Shown here: positions 37,737 to 47,804 of the stretch, piece by piece
Numbering within the stretch: position 1 is the stretch's first letter
Layout of the letters: every line of letters begins with the position of its first letter
Assembly: GCA_964405655.1 (NCBI GenBank)
Contig: CAYOOO010000006.1
Span: 3,671-67,670, forward strand
DNA: 64,000 bases
DNA from: an uncultured Gammaproteobacteria bacterium
GTDB taxonomy: Bacteria > Patescibacteriota > Microgenomatia > Daviesbacterales > UBA10151
Direction: 5' to 3'
Notes under the pieces: generated by a model
Told to the model about the DNA's origin: nothing
Databases searched by the model: none
Seen by the model: only the letters and a program-made list of their open reading frames with translations
Program-made: the position numbers and the translations under genes

Positions 37737-38104
37737 GTATAAATATGTACCAAATCTTATTACAAATTCTGGCAGCAATTTTTACACTGTTTGCCTTAAG
37801 TAGAGCATATTTGCGCTTTAAGGAAAGAAAGTTATCGTCATTTGCTTTTATTTTCTGGTTTATCGTCTGGATAGCTGGGGTACTGGCAATTCTTTTTCCA
37901 GAGACAACAACTCAATTATCAAGATTAGTAGGAATAGGTAGAGGAGCCGACGCCATTCTTTATGCCTCAATTGTTGTCATCTTTTATATGATATTTAGAA
38001 TTTATATTCGTATTGAAGATACTCAAAAGCAAATAACGGAAGTTTCTAGAAAAGTTGCTCTCCTTAATGCCTCCAGGAAGAAGAAAAAAACAGCTAAGGG
38101 ATGA
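37733..38104 (+). CDS. Small two/three-TM membrane protein (DUF2304-like partner of Dpm1-like GT2)
   Basis: 123 aa, hydrophobic; ATGA-coupled to preceding GT2, a recurrent gene pair in bacteria. Confidence 0.5.
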   Translation: MSINMYQILLQILAAIFTLFALSRAYLRFKERKLSSFAFIFWFIVWIAGVLAILFPETTTQLSRLVGIGRGADAILYASIVVIFYMIFRIYIRIEDTQKQITEVSRKVALLNASRKKKKTAKG

Positions 38105-40332
38105 AAATTTTATTTATCGCAGAATTTTTTCCTGCTAGTTTGGATTTAATATTTAGTGGTGGAGTAGAATCTTACAATTACTACTTAATAAAAGAACTTT
38201 CAAAAAAACATCAAATTATTGTTATTACTAGAAATAGTAGCTTAAGTCCTAAGCAAGAAATTAAGATCAAAAATGTTAAAATTGTTCGCCTTGGGAAGAA
38301 GACCTCAAAAATTGATACCAGCCTCTCAACTATCCCCGCTAGACTGGGTTTCTTCTTTTATGCTTTGGTAAGGGGCTTAAAAGAGGAGTTCGATATTGTT
38401 CAAGGAAATAATTTTATAACACACCCCATAGCTTTTATGATTGGAATGATAAAAAAAAAGCCCACGGTAGCATGGTATCCTGATGTTTTTATAGGAAAAT
38501 GGATCGATCTATTTGGATTTACTTCAGGACTTATTGGCGAGTTGTCAGAAAGAATAACATTAAGTTTACCATGGTCAAAAGTTATTGCTCTTAGCGAATC
38601 CACTAAGAGTAAATTGATAGGTAAAGGTGTAAATCAAGATAAGATCTCTACCATTTATGCAGGTATTGATTTAAATGATTTTTCGAAGATAAGAAGTAAA
38701 AAAAATAAAAAGTTTACTATTATTTGTATCTCGAGACTGGTTAGTTATAAAGGGGTAGATGTTTTGATAAATGCTGCTAAAATTCTTAAAGAAAAGAATC
38801 TTGATTTTTCTGTTCAGATTATTGGACAAGGCCCCCAGCAAAAAAAATTAGAAAGAGTAGTCGATGAGTTTAATCTTACGAATGAATTCTCCTTTGAATC
38901 TCAACTTACCAGAAAGGAGTTAATTAAAAGATTAAAGTCTTCCTCATTGCTTTGCTTACCTTCTTATGAGGAAGGTTTTGGTTTGGTATTGCTGGAGGCT
39001 GCAGCAGCAGGAATTCCTTATGTAGCTTCCAACTTAACAGTTCTGAAAGAAGTCACCAAAAATGGTTTAGGAGGACTCTTTTTTAAGACAGGAAACTCTG
39101 ATGATTTAGCTTCTAAAATAACTCTGCTAGTAAAAGACAAAAAATTGCTAATTGATAAAATTCGGGAGACTAAATTTTTGTCTAAACTGTACTCTTGGTC
39201 ACAAATCACCAATCAGTTTGAAAAAGAATACGAAAAATTATTCAAAGAAAAAATAAAGATATTAATGCTTAACGATGCTTGGTTCCCGCATGTGGGTGGA
39301 GGACAGGTTCATACATGGGAGCTCTCAAAAAAACTTGCTGACCTAAGTTGTGAGATAACTATAATAACCAGGAACTTGGGGGAATGGTCTTATTCTTATC
39401 CAACTGTTCGAGTTCGAAGAGTTGGCTTCATTAAAACATTTTCCAATTTTTTTGGTCGTTTAGAATATCTTATTTTGGCACTTTTCTACTGCCTAACTGA
39501 AGATTATCAGATCCTTCATGCTCACGCTTTTTCTCCTGGACTAATAACACCAATCGTAAAGTTTTTTAGAAATAAATTAATAGTTTTTACTGTTCATGGT
39601 CAGGGAGTGAAAATTGCCGGTCTGGGAATTGGATCAAAATTTTTAGAAGATCTAATCTTTTACAAAATTGGCTATGACCTAGAAATCACAGTAGCTAGGA
39701 GTACGTTAAAACAAAAACCTATGGCTAAAAAAGTGGTGGTTATTCCTAATGGTGTTGATATCAATAAATTTTCTAAATTCAAAAGATTTCGAAAAAAAAT
39801 ACACAATTTAGCCTATGTGGGTAGAATCTCTTATGAAAAAGGTGTTGATTTATTAATTAAGGCTTATAAAAATCTTTTAAGAAATAGAAGATTTAACCTT
39901 CTGATAGTAGGAGAGGGACCTGAAAAAGATAAAATAGTAAAAATGTCTAAAGGACTTCCAATAAGATTCTACGAAACAGTTACGGGAGATAAATTGCTCA
40001 GTATACTTAGTAAGGTAGATCTACTGGTTATTCCATCAAGAAGCGAAGGCTTACCCTTGATATTATTTGAGTCTTGGGCAATGGGCTTACCTGTTTTAGC
40101 AACTAGAGTCGGAGATTTACATTATTACATCAAAGATGGTAGAAATGGTTTCTTGGCAAATGTAGATTCTGATTCGTTAAAAGAAAATATTAATAAAGCT
40201 ACAAAAATAAGATCTTTAGAGAGTATTTCTAGAAGAGGTTTGAAAGATGTCCAAAATTACAACTGGGAAAGAGTTGGGAAATTAACTTATCAAAATTACC
40301 AAAAATTATTAAGAAGTTATGAAAAATCCTAA
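38101..40332 (+). CDS. Tandem double GT4 glycosyltransferase (two complete GT-B domains in one 743-aa polypeptide)
   Basis: Two EX7E signatures: 'EEGFGLVLLEAAAAGIPYVAS' (about aa 290) and 'SEGLPLILFESWAMGLPVLAT' (about aa 650). Confidence 0.75.
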   Translation: MKILFIAEFFPASLDLIFSGGVESYNYYLIKELSKKHQIIVITRNSSLSPKQEIKIKNVKIVRLGKKTSKIDTSLSTIPARLGFFFYALVRGLKEEFDIVQGNNFITHPIAFMIGMIKKKPTVAWYPDVFIGKWIDLFGFTSGLIGELSERITLSLPWSKVIALSESTKSKLIGKGVNQDKISTIYAGIDLNDFSKIRSKKNKKFTIICISRLVSYKGVDVLINAAKILKEKNLDFSVQIIGQGPQQKKLERVVDEFNLTNEFSFESQLTRKELIKRLKSSSLLCLPSYEEGFGLVLLEAAAAGIPYVASNLTVLKEVTKNGLGGLFFKTGNSDDLASKITLLVKDKKLLIDKIRETKFLSKLYSWSQITNQFEKEYEKLFKEKIKILMLNDAWFPHVGGGQVHTWELSKKLADLSCEITIITRNLGEWSYSYPTVRVRRVGFIKTFSNFFGRLEYLILALFYCLTEDYQILHAHAFSPGLITPIVKFFRNKLIVFTVHGQGVKIAGLGIGSKFLEDLIFYKIGYDLEITVARSTLKQKPMAKKVVVIPNGVDINKFSKFKRFRKKIHNLAYVGRISYEKGVDLLIKAYKNLLRNRRFNLLIVGEGPEKDKIVKMSKGLPIRFYETVTGDKLLSILSKVDLLVIPSRSEGLPLILFESWAMGLPVLATRVGDLHYYIKDGRNGFLANVDSDSLKENINKATKIRSLESISRRGLKDVQNYNWERVGKLTYQNYQKLLRSYEKS

Positions 40333-41038
40333 AATTACTGTCTTAATGCCAGTTTATAATTGTTCAAGATATATTGGAGAATCTATAAATAGCATTTTAA
40401 ACCAATCTTTTAAAGATTTTGAATTAATCATTATTGATGATGGTTCAACTGATGAAACGTTTAAAGTTATAAAAAAAATTCGAAGTAAAAAAATTAAATT
40501 ATTTAAGAATAAACATAACTTGGGGATTGCTAAATGTTTAAATATTGGTTTGAAAAAAGCTAGGGGAGAATTTATTGCCAGATGTGATGGAGATGATATT
40601 AATTTTTCAGAAAGATTTAAAATTCAAAAAGATTTTCTTGAAAGTCGTCCAGACTATGTCTTAGTCTCAAGTAATGCGTTCTTAATTAACGAGCAGGGCA
40701 AAAACATCGGTAAATTGATATTTCCTAGTTCTGATAAGGCCGTAAGGAGAATAATTTTTTTAAAAAATCCGATAATTCATTCTGCAGTTATGTATAGAAA
40801 AAAAACAATTAAAAAGATAAACGGTTATCGTGAACTTTTCAATTTAGGAGGTGAAGATTATGATCTTTGGTTCAGATTGATGAAGCAAGGAAAATTTCGG
40901 ACATTACCAAAGTTCCTGATTAAAAGACGAATCACCGAAAATGTTTTTACTAAAAAATTTCATTTTCGGATCGAAGTACTGGCTTTATTGGTTAGAGTCA
41001 TTAATCTACCATTATTACTTAAATTTTTATCAAAATGA
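40319..41038 (+). CDS. Glycosyltransferase family 2
   Basis: 'ITVLMPVYNCSRYIGESINSILNQSFKDFELIIIDDGSTDET'. Confidence 0.75.
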   Translation: MKNPKITVLMPVYNCSRYIGESINSILNQSFKDFELIIIDDGSTDETFKVIKKIRSKKIKLFKNKHNLGIAKCLNIGLKKARGEFIARCDGDDINFSERFKIQKDFLESRPDYVLVSSNAFLINEQGKNIGKLIFPSSDKAVRRIIFLKNPIIHSAVMYRKKTIKKINGYRELFNLGGEDYDLWFRLMKQGKFRTLPKFLIKRRITENVFTKKFHFRIEVLALLVRVINLPLLLKFLSK

Positions 41039-42153
41039 TTAACTTGAAAATATGTTCTCCTCAACTTGGAATTTCACCAAAATCCTATCTTGGAGGTGAA
41101 ATCTGTGATCGAGAGATACTTAAAGGTGTTGCTAAAAAGTATGTAAAAGTAGAAATTATTCTGCCTAAAGGAAAACAATTTGACAAAAATGTAAAAAACT
41201 GGAATATAACACCGGTAGCCATTTCTCGTGCCCCAGCCATCCTTTATAATTTTATTTTTCTGCCATACTTGTTTAAAATTTATAAAAAATCAAGGTTTGA
41301 TGTATTGAGGATTCACTCTCCGCGTTATATAGGACTAGGAGCTTTGATTTTTAAATTTTTTCATCCAGAGATTAAATTACTAGCCTCGTATCATAATTTC
41401 TGGGAGACAAATTTTAATTACTTATCAAAATGGATTAATAATCAGTGGGACCATATTTTCTGTGACTCAAGATATGTGAGTCAAAAGATGCATTTTGTTT
41501 ACAAAATACCATTGTCAAAAATATCTTATGGCTATAATGGAGTTTCAGAGAAGCTTAAACCAAGAACCAAAAATAGAAAACTTTTAAAAAAATTAAAAAT
41601 TGAAAATAAGACAATTCTTTTATTTGTAGGAACATTTACCAAAAGGAAAAACCCCCTATTTCTACTGGATGTTTTGGACATTTTAGTAAAAAGAAATCTA
41701 GAGGTCATTTTGTTTTATCTTGGGAAAGGCGCTCTTAAGAAAAAAATTCTTAAAAAGGCAGCAGATCTTAATTTATTAGAAAACATTAGAATAATTGATC
41801 CAGTCTATGGTCAAGAAAAAAACCAAATATTTAATCTTGCCGATATTTTTGTTCATCCATCAATGGAAGAAGGGTTTTCTCTAGTTGTAGTAGAAGCAAT
41901 GGCCTGTTCAAAACCAGTGATCATTACAAATGACTATTCAGCTCCTGAACAAGTAATTAATGGCGTGAATGGGTTCTTATGTAAGGTAAATAACCTCAAA
42001 GAATGGGCTAGTAAGATAGAAATCCTAATTAAAGATGACCAATTAAGGAAAAAAATGGGAAAGCATGGAGAAGATTTGGTCAGAAAAAAATTTCAATGGA
42101 AGTACGCTGTAGAAGAACATATAAAGATTTTTAATAAGCTGAAAAATGAGTAG
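41035..42153 (+). CDS. Glycosyltransferase family 4
   Basis: 'EEGFSLVVVEAMACSKPVIIT'. Confidence 0.7.
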   Translation: MINLKICSPQLGISPKSYLGGEICDREILKGVAKKYVKVEIILPKGKQFDKNVKNWNITPVAISRAPAILYNFIFLPYLFKIYKKSRFDVLRIHSPRYIGLGALIFKFFHPEIKLLASYHNFWETNFNYLSKWINNQWDHIFCDSRYVSQKMHFVYKIPLSKISYGYNGVSEKLKPRTKNRKLLKKLKIENKTILLFVGTFTKRKNPLFLLDVLDILVKRNLEVILFYLGKGALKKKILKKAADLNLLENIRIIDPVYGQEKNQIFNLADIFVHPSMEEGFSLVVVEAMACSKPVIITNDYSAPEQVINGVNGFLCKVNNLKEWASKIEILIKDDQLRKKMGKHGEDLVRKKFQWKYAVEEHIKIFNKLKNE

Positions 42154-42925
42154 TCTTAAAAAAATATTAGTCATAATCCTAAAAAAAATAAGTATTGGAA
42201 GCGCTCTTGCAATAAGATTGACAAAACTGACGGGGAAGTCAAAACTACCGATCCATCCAAAACATTTTTTAACTGATCAACCGTGGTATTTAAAATATAT
42301 CAACAAGACTGATAAAATTTTAGATCTAGGCTGTGGTAATGGTCAAAATTCAATAAAGGCAGCCAAAATTGCCAAACAGGTTATTGGTTTAGAAATTGAT
42401 CAGACGCTACTTGCTATTGCCAAAAAATCTGCCCAATTAAAAAGACTTAAAAACATTGTTTTTAAAAAAGGAGACCTAGAAAAAAAATTAATACTTAAAG
42501 ATAACTCTTTTAATGGAATAATTTTTTTGGACGTACTTGAACATTTAAGAAATCGAGATCAAATCTTAAGAGAACTAAAAAGAGTTCTAAAACCATCTGG
42601 CTACCTATTCTTAGGAGTACCCAGTAGTGAAACATCCTGGAAAAATGTACAAAGAGAAGCAGGTATCTGCTCATTTTCAGACCCTGATCATAAAATAGAA
42701 TTTTCAGAGCCTCAGATTATTAGATTACTAAAAAAACATCAGTTCGAAATCATAAATATTGGCTATAGCAAATATGACACTCCACTCATTGGTTTAATTG
42801 ATATCATAGGTGGATTTTCATTGTCATTATATAAATTTATAAATTATTATCGTCAAATAAAAGCAAATCAGAATCCCAAAGAAGCAAGCGGTTTTGAAAT
42901 TGTAGCTAAAAAGTTAAAAGAATAA
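42146..42925 (+). CDS. Class I SAM-dependent methyltransferase
   Basis: 'LDLGCGNGQNS' motif I; 'IIFLDVLEHL' motif. Confidence 0.7.
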   Translation: MSSLKKILVIILKKISIGSALAIRLTKLTGKSKLPIHPKHFLTDQPWYLKYINKTDKILDLGCGNGQNSIKAAKIAKQVIGLEIDQTLLAIAKKSAQLKRLKNIVFKKGDLEKKLILKDNSFNGIIFLDVLEHLRNRDQILRELKRVLKPSGYLFLGVPSSETSWKNVQREAGICSFSDPDHKIEFSEPQIIRLLKKHQFEIINIGYSKYDTPLIGLIDIIGGFSLSLYKFINYYRQIKANQNPKEASGFEIVAKKLKE

Positions 42926-42934
42926 TGTAAAGAT

Positions 42935-44179
42935 ATGAGAATCCTATTTTTGAGCGAATATTTTCCTCCGTTTGATTTTGGAGGATCAGAATGGAGTACT
43001 TATTATCTAGCTAATCAGTTAGCCAAGAAAGACTTTGATGTAACTATTTTTACACCCAAATTTATCCAGGCTAAATCGAGAGAAACAATCAATGGTTTTA
43101 GTGTGGTTAGATTTCCTCTTTTTATAAAATTCAAGGGGCAACCGAGCCCTACTCTGCAAAACAGTTTAATTTGGTTTTTCTGGACAACTTATCATTTAAT
43201 AAAATACTGCCTATCTGAATCAGTAGATATAATACATATCCAAGGGAAATCTTTTCTCCCAGCAGCAGCAATATGCAAGTTAATTCTGAGAAAACCTTTG
43301 GTAGTTACTTTTCGGGATTATCTTATTCTTTGTCCTCTTGGGATGTGCTTTCTAAGAGGAGAGAGAAAGTGCGATTTTAGAAGCTTTCTTTTTAGAGATA
43401 TTCCAGAATATCTAGAATATTATCAAAAGAATAAAGGTTTCTTTTGGAAGATATTAGTTGTTTTTTCTGCCTTAAGATTAAGATTTTACAATTATTTCAT
43501 AAGAGGTTTGGTAAATTTATCAGATGTGAGGATAGCTAATAGTTATGTGACTAGATCGGTTTATCAATCTTGGGGTTTTAAAAAAATAACTGTCATACCA
43601 AATCCGCATCAGTTTAGTAAATTTTCTAATAATCTCAAAAAAAAATCCCAAATTATTTACGCTGGTCGATTATCACCAGGTAAAGGTCCAGATCTACTAC
43701 TAAATTCAATACCAAAAATTTTGAATAAATTTCCTAAACTAAAGTTCCTTTTCTTTGGAGAAGGTCCCCTTAAACAATTTTTGATAAAAAAGTCAATCGA
43801 TTTAAAAATACGAGATAGAGTAGAGTTTAAAGGTTATATTGATCATCAAATTTTGCAAAATGAAATAGGAAACTCTTTGATAACAGTGACACCTTCAAAA
43901 TGGCTTGAGCCATTCGGCAGAGTACCATTAGAGTCAATTTCTAGGAGAACACCGGTGGTAATCAGTGAGAATATGGGTATTGCTGATTTTATTAACAAAA
44001 GATGGGGAGTTAAAGTAAAGCCACGATCAAAAGATATAGCAGAGGCTGTTATTAGGATAGTTCAAAAAAAGGATTGGTATTTGAATAATTTGCGTCTAGA
44101 TTCTGACATGTTTTTTAAGGATTGGAACGAGAAAATAACTAATGCTCACAACAAGATTTACAAAAGGCTATCAAGATGA
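42935..44179 (+). CDS. Glycosyltransferase family 4
   Basis: N-terminal 'ILFLSEYFPPFDFGGSEWSTYYLANQLAKK' GT4 N-domain; C-terminal 'LEPFGRVPLESISRRTPVVIS'. Confidence 0.65.
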   Translation: MRILFLSEYFPPFDFGGSEWSTYYLANQLAKKDFDVTIFTPKFIQAKSRETINGFSVVRFPLFIKFKGQPSPTLQNSLIWFFWTTYHLIKYCLSESVDIIHIQGKSFLPAAAICKLILRKPLVVTFRDYLILCPLGMCFLRGERKCDFRSFLFRDIPEYLEYYQKNKGFFWKILVVFSALRLRFYNYFIRGLVNLSDVRIANSYVTRSVYQSWGFKKITVIPNPHQFSKFSNNLKKKSQIIYAGRLSPGKGPDLLLNSIPKILNKFPKLKFLFFGEGPLKQFLIKKSIDLKIRDRVEFKGYIDHQILQNEIGNSLITVTPSKWLEPFGRVPLESISRRTPVVISENMGIADFINKRWGVKVKPRSKDIAEAVIRIVQKKDWYLNNLRLDSDMFFKDWNEKITNAHNKIYKRLSR

Positions 44180-45249
44180 CCTTGGGAATTTTATTATCAC
44201 TTGGTGATAGTTTTTCATCACTGGGAAAGACCGGGCAAAGTTCTAAGTTTTTACAATTTTATATTAAACAATTTGCTCAAAATTTTGAAGAGATCTACAT
44301 CTTTTCCTATGAAAATGAGAATGTTAAAGGTTTACCAAAAAATGTCCATCTTATTCCAAATAAATACATGTTAAATAGATTTGTATATGGATTTGTAATG
44401 CCATTTCAAAATTTTTTGGTTATAAGAGAGTGTGATGTATTTAGGGCTTACCATTTATCCGGAACAATTCCTGCTATAGTGATAAAGATCCTTTGGGATA
44501 AACCGTTTATATTTAATTGGGCTTATGATTATTTTAGATTCGCGATAATAGAAAGGAAATATCTACAAGCTTTTTTATTTAAACTTCTTGGCCCCATTGC
44601 AACTTTTTTTGCAACTAAAATATTTACTGCCAATAAGAAAATATTTTCCAAGTTCAATAAGTCTAAAAGAATTTATTTACCCAATGGAGTAGATGTTGAC
44701 TTCTTTAAACCAACATCAACTTCTAAAAAGACTAGCTTACCTGTTGTTCTGTCAGTAGGTAGACTTGAGTCACAAAAGAACTTTTTAAATTTGGTTAGAG
44801 CAATGCAAAACGTAAAAGCGAAACTGCTGATTGTTGGGAAAGGTAGTTTAAGAAGTGAACTGATAAAAGAGGCTAAGAGGTTAAAAATAAATTTTGAAAT
44901 TATAGAAAGAGTAGATAATAAATTTATGCCAAAAATTTATCAATCATCTACTCTTTTTGTACTACCCTCTCTGCTTGAAGGTCATCCAAAGGCAATGCTT
45001 GAGGCAATGGCTTGTGGAAGAGCTTGTTTAGGTAGCGACGTCGAAGGCATTGCGGAGATTTTAAACAATCAAGATATACTTACTGGAACTGAATCGAATG
45101 AGATTGGGGAAAAGATTAAATATCTACTTTCCAGCAGAGTTAATTTGAAACGCATTGGAAGTAAACTTAGGAAAAGAGTGGTTAAAGATTATAATTTAAA
45201 GAAGTTATTGGTTAAGGAGATAGATTCTTTAAAATCTTTAAAAGTATGA
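44176..45249 (+). CDS. Glycosyltransferase family 4
   Basis: 'LEGHPKAMLEAMACGRACLGS'. Confidence 0.65.
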   Translation: MTLGILLSLGDSFSSLGKTGQSSKFLQFYIKQFAQNFEEIYIFSYENENVKGLPKNVHLIPNKYMLNRFVYGFVMPFQNFLVIRECDVFRAYHLSGTIPAIVIKILWDKPFIFNWAYDYFRFAIIERKYLQAFLFKLLGPIATFFATKIFTANKKIFSKFNKSKRIYLPNGVDVDFFKPTSTSKKTSLPVVLSVGRLESQKNFLNLVRAMQNVKAKLLIVGKGSLRSELIKEAKRLKINFEIIERVDNKFMPKIYQSSTLFVLPSLLEGHPKAMLEAMACGRACLGSDVEGIAEILNNQDILTGTESNEIGEKIKYLLSSRVNLKRIGSKLRKRVVKDYNLKKLLVKEIDSLKSLKV

Positions 45250-45250
45250 T

Positions 45251-46321
45251 ATGAGTAAAAAGATCTGTTTTTTTGGTTCTTTCCTCCCAGAGTATAATAG
45301 GAACCAAGTTTTGTTAACTGGTTTAAAGTCTCACGATATGGAAGTAATATATTGCAATGACCGTTCTCAAAATTTACTGAATCATTACCTATCTTTAATA
45401 AAAAAATTTATTATTAAATGCTTAAAATGTGAAGTTATCTTTGTTGCTGCGGTTTCAACTCATGATGTTTTAGTAGCCTGGATTTTATCAAAGGTTTTTA
45501 GAAAAAAATTAATTTATGATGCTTTTATTTCTTTATATGATACATATGTATTTGATAGACAATATTACAAACCGAAAAGTTTTGCTGCCATAAAATACTA
45601 TTTTTGGGACTACTTAGCCTGTCATTTGTCAGACATGATCTTAACTGATAGTTTACAACATGCTAAATATTTTTCAAAAACTTTCAAAATAAACAGAAAA
45701 AGGATAATGACTATTTACATTGGTGCTGATGAGTCATTTTTTGTTCCTCAATCTACAAATAGAAAATCTAAAAAAAAATTCATTGTGGAATATCACGGCA
45801 GTTTTCAACCTTTACATGGACTAGATTATGTTCTGAAGGCTGCATCTTTACTTGATGATAATAAAGATATACTCTTTAAGTTTGCAGGAAAAGGGCAACT
45901 TAAAAAAAATATAATAGCTCAGGCTAGAAAACTTAAACTTCAAAATGTAAAATTTCTACCCAACTTGGATAAATTCGGCGTTAAACAATTGATTGCATCT
46001 GCAGATGTATGTCTTGGTACTTTTGGTAAAACATTAAAGGCTAATAACACTATCCCCAATAAAGCTTATGAAGTTATTGCGATGGAAAAACCGTTTATTA
46101 ATATGGATTCTGATGCTGCTAGGGAAGTATTTGAAAATAATAAAAATGCGCTACTAGTTTCTAATGATGATCCCAGCAGTTTATCAAACTCTATACTCAG
46201 ATTGAAAAATACTCCAAACCTAGCTCAAAGAATAGCTAAAGAGGCATACCGATTATTTTTACAAAAGTACACATCTATTAGAATTGGTTCACAGCTTATT
46301 AAATATTTTGATAGAATCTAA
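45251..46321 (+). CDS. GT-B fold glycosyltransferase (GT4-like, divergent)
   Basis: Overall GT-B two-domain layout, 'EYHGSFQPLHGLDYVLKAA', 'IPNKAYEVIAMEKPFI'. Confidence 0.5.
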   Translation: MSKKICFFGSFLPEYNRNQVLLTGLKSHDMEVIYCNDRSQNLLNHYLSLIKKFIIKCLKCEVIFVAAVSTHDVLVAWILSKVFRKKLIYDAFISLYDTYVFDRQYYKPKSFAAIKYYFWDYLACHLSDMILTDSLQHAKYFSKTFKINRKRIMTIYIGADESFFVPQSTNRKSKKKFIVEYHGSFQPLHGLDYVLKAASLLDDNKDILFKFAGKGQLKKNIIAQARKLKLQNVKFLPNLDKFGVKQLIASADVCLGTFGKTLKANNTIPNKAYEVIAMEKPFINMDSDAAREVFENNKNALLVSNDDPSSLSNSILRLKNTPNLAQRIAKEAYRLFLQKYTSIRIGSQLIKYFDRI

Positions 46322-46322
46322 A

Positions 46323-47798
46323 ATGAGATACAAGGTAATTAGACTCTTAGGAAATAAATATTTAGGATATGCAATACTTCTTATTTCAGCTCACCTTTTT
46401 TGGTTGAGTATAATCAAGAAACAATACTTCTCAGAACTTTTAATAAATGCCTGGTTTTTATCTTTAAGTAAAGGATTTGTGTCTGAAGCATACTTAAATC
46501 ATCCAGCCATATTAGAAACCTTTTCTGGCTATCTATCCTCTCTGTTAGGGAGTGTTTTTTTAGCCTTGGATATAATTAATCGCTTTTCAGTAGTAATAAT
46601 CGATTTATTACTATTCTTTTATATCTTTAAAAGAAATGGTATCAAAATAGCAACAATAGGATTGTTATTTTTTATCCCATGGCAAATTTTTTTTAAAGGG
46701 GGAGCTGTTTGGTTTGATTTGCTAATTGTTCCATTCTTATTTTTGTCTTACATTACTTTTTCAAATTTTGTTAATTCAAAAAAAAGACAGTATTTATTTC
46801 TAACTGGGTTGGTACTTGCCGCAGGATATTTTTTTAAACAGATAGTTATCAGTTTTTCCCTCTTTTTTTCGATTTGGATTATTGTCGACGGCCTAGTAAA
46901 AAGGAAATTTTCAAAACTTTTTGCTGATTTAGTTATTTTGAATGTTCCAGTTTTAATAGCAATCGTTTTAAACACATTATATTTTTCGACTAAAACCACA
47001 ATAGGGTATGCATTCGAATGGTCCTTTATAATGCCTTTTTTTGTCTATCCACGAATGGAGGTTTATTCAAAAGTTATTAGACCAGAATATCAAATAGTAG
47101 TAACCTCCCTTTTAGTATTTCTATTTTTTTGTCTAATTGTAATTCAAAGATTGCAATTCAAAATGTCTCTACAAAATTTACTCCTCTACTGTGTTACTCT
47201 ACTTTCTTTTTACAACACATTCCCAAGATGGGGTGACTTTAGGATGCAATCTTTTGTTTTCTTTCTTACAATCGTTTTTATCCAAGCCTTACTAAATCTT
47301 AAAGAGTATAAAAACGAATTCCTAAAGCGTTTTTTGATATTTATTTTTTTAGGATTTCTTGCTTTGATACCAAGTTACTATTTTTTTAGAATAAAGGCAG
47401 AGAAAATAACAGGCAACATACATCTGATAACTCTTTATAATGAATTTACCCCGTATAGTAAAGCTTCATTATTTACTGGCAAGAGTGTTTACATTATGGA
47501 TGAGATGACCAATTACGATTATATACCCGAGCCATTTGTTGAGTTAAATCTTTTCCAAAAAGCTCGACTTGTCTATACGAAGCCGGATGAATATATCAAA
47601 ATATTTAGTCCGGCTACAGCTTATGAACATATCCTTGCTAAAAAACCTGATTTTTTGTTAATTCCTCCCTATATTTCAGATGCTATTCAAACAAAAACTT
47701 TAGAAACAAGTAGCAAAGATTTTGGGCATTTAGTCAGTAGTAACTATAAAATAGTAGAACAATTTGATAGCGAGTATATTACCTACCAAAAAATATAA
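46323..47798 (+). CDS. Polytopic membrane protein, Wzy/O-antigen-polymerase-like candidate with C-terminal soluble domain (start moved to ATG 46323 to remove overlap)
   Basis: About 10 TM helices then about 130-aa hydrophilic tail; no sequence motif recognised. Confidence 0.35.
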   Translation: MRYKVIRLLGNKYLGYAILLISAHLFWLSIIKKQYFSELLINAWFLSLSKGFVSEAYLNHPAILETFSGYLSSLLGSVFLALDIINRFSVVIIDLLLFFYIFKRNGIKIATIGLLFFIPWQIFFKGGAVWFDLLIVPFLFLSYITFSNFVNSKKRQYLFLTGLVLAAGYFFKQIVISFSLFFSIWIIVDGLVKRKFSKLFADLVILNVPVLIAIVLNTLYFSTKTTIGYAFEWSFIMPFFVYPRMEVYSKVIRPEYQIVVTSLLVFLFFCLIVIQRLQFKMSLQNLLLYCVTLLSFYNTFPRWGDFRMQSFVFFLTIVFIQALLNLKEYKNEFLKRFLIFIFLGFLALIPSYYFFRIKAEKITGNIHLITLYNEFTPYSKASLFTGKSVYIMDEMTNYDYIPEPFVELNLFQKARLVYTKPDEYIKIFSPATAYEHILAKKPDFLLIPPYISDAIQTKTLETSSKDFGHLVSSNYKIVEQFDSEYITYQKI

Positions 47799-47804
47799 TT
47801 TTTT

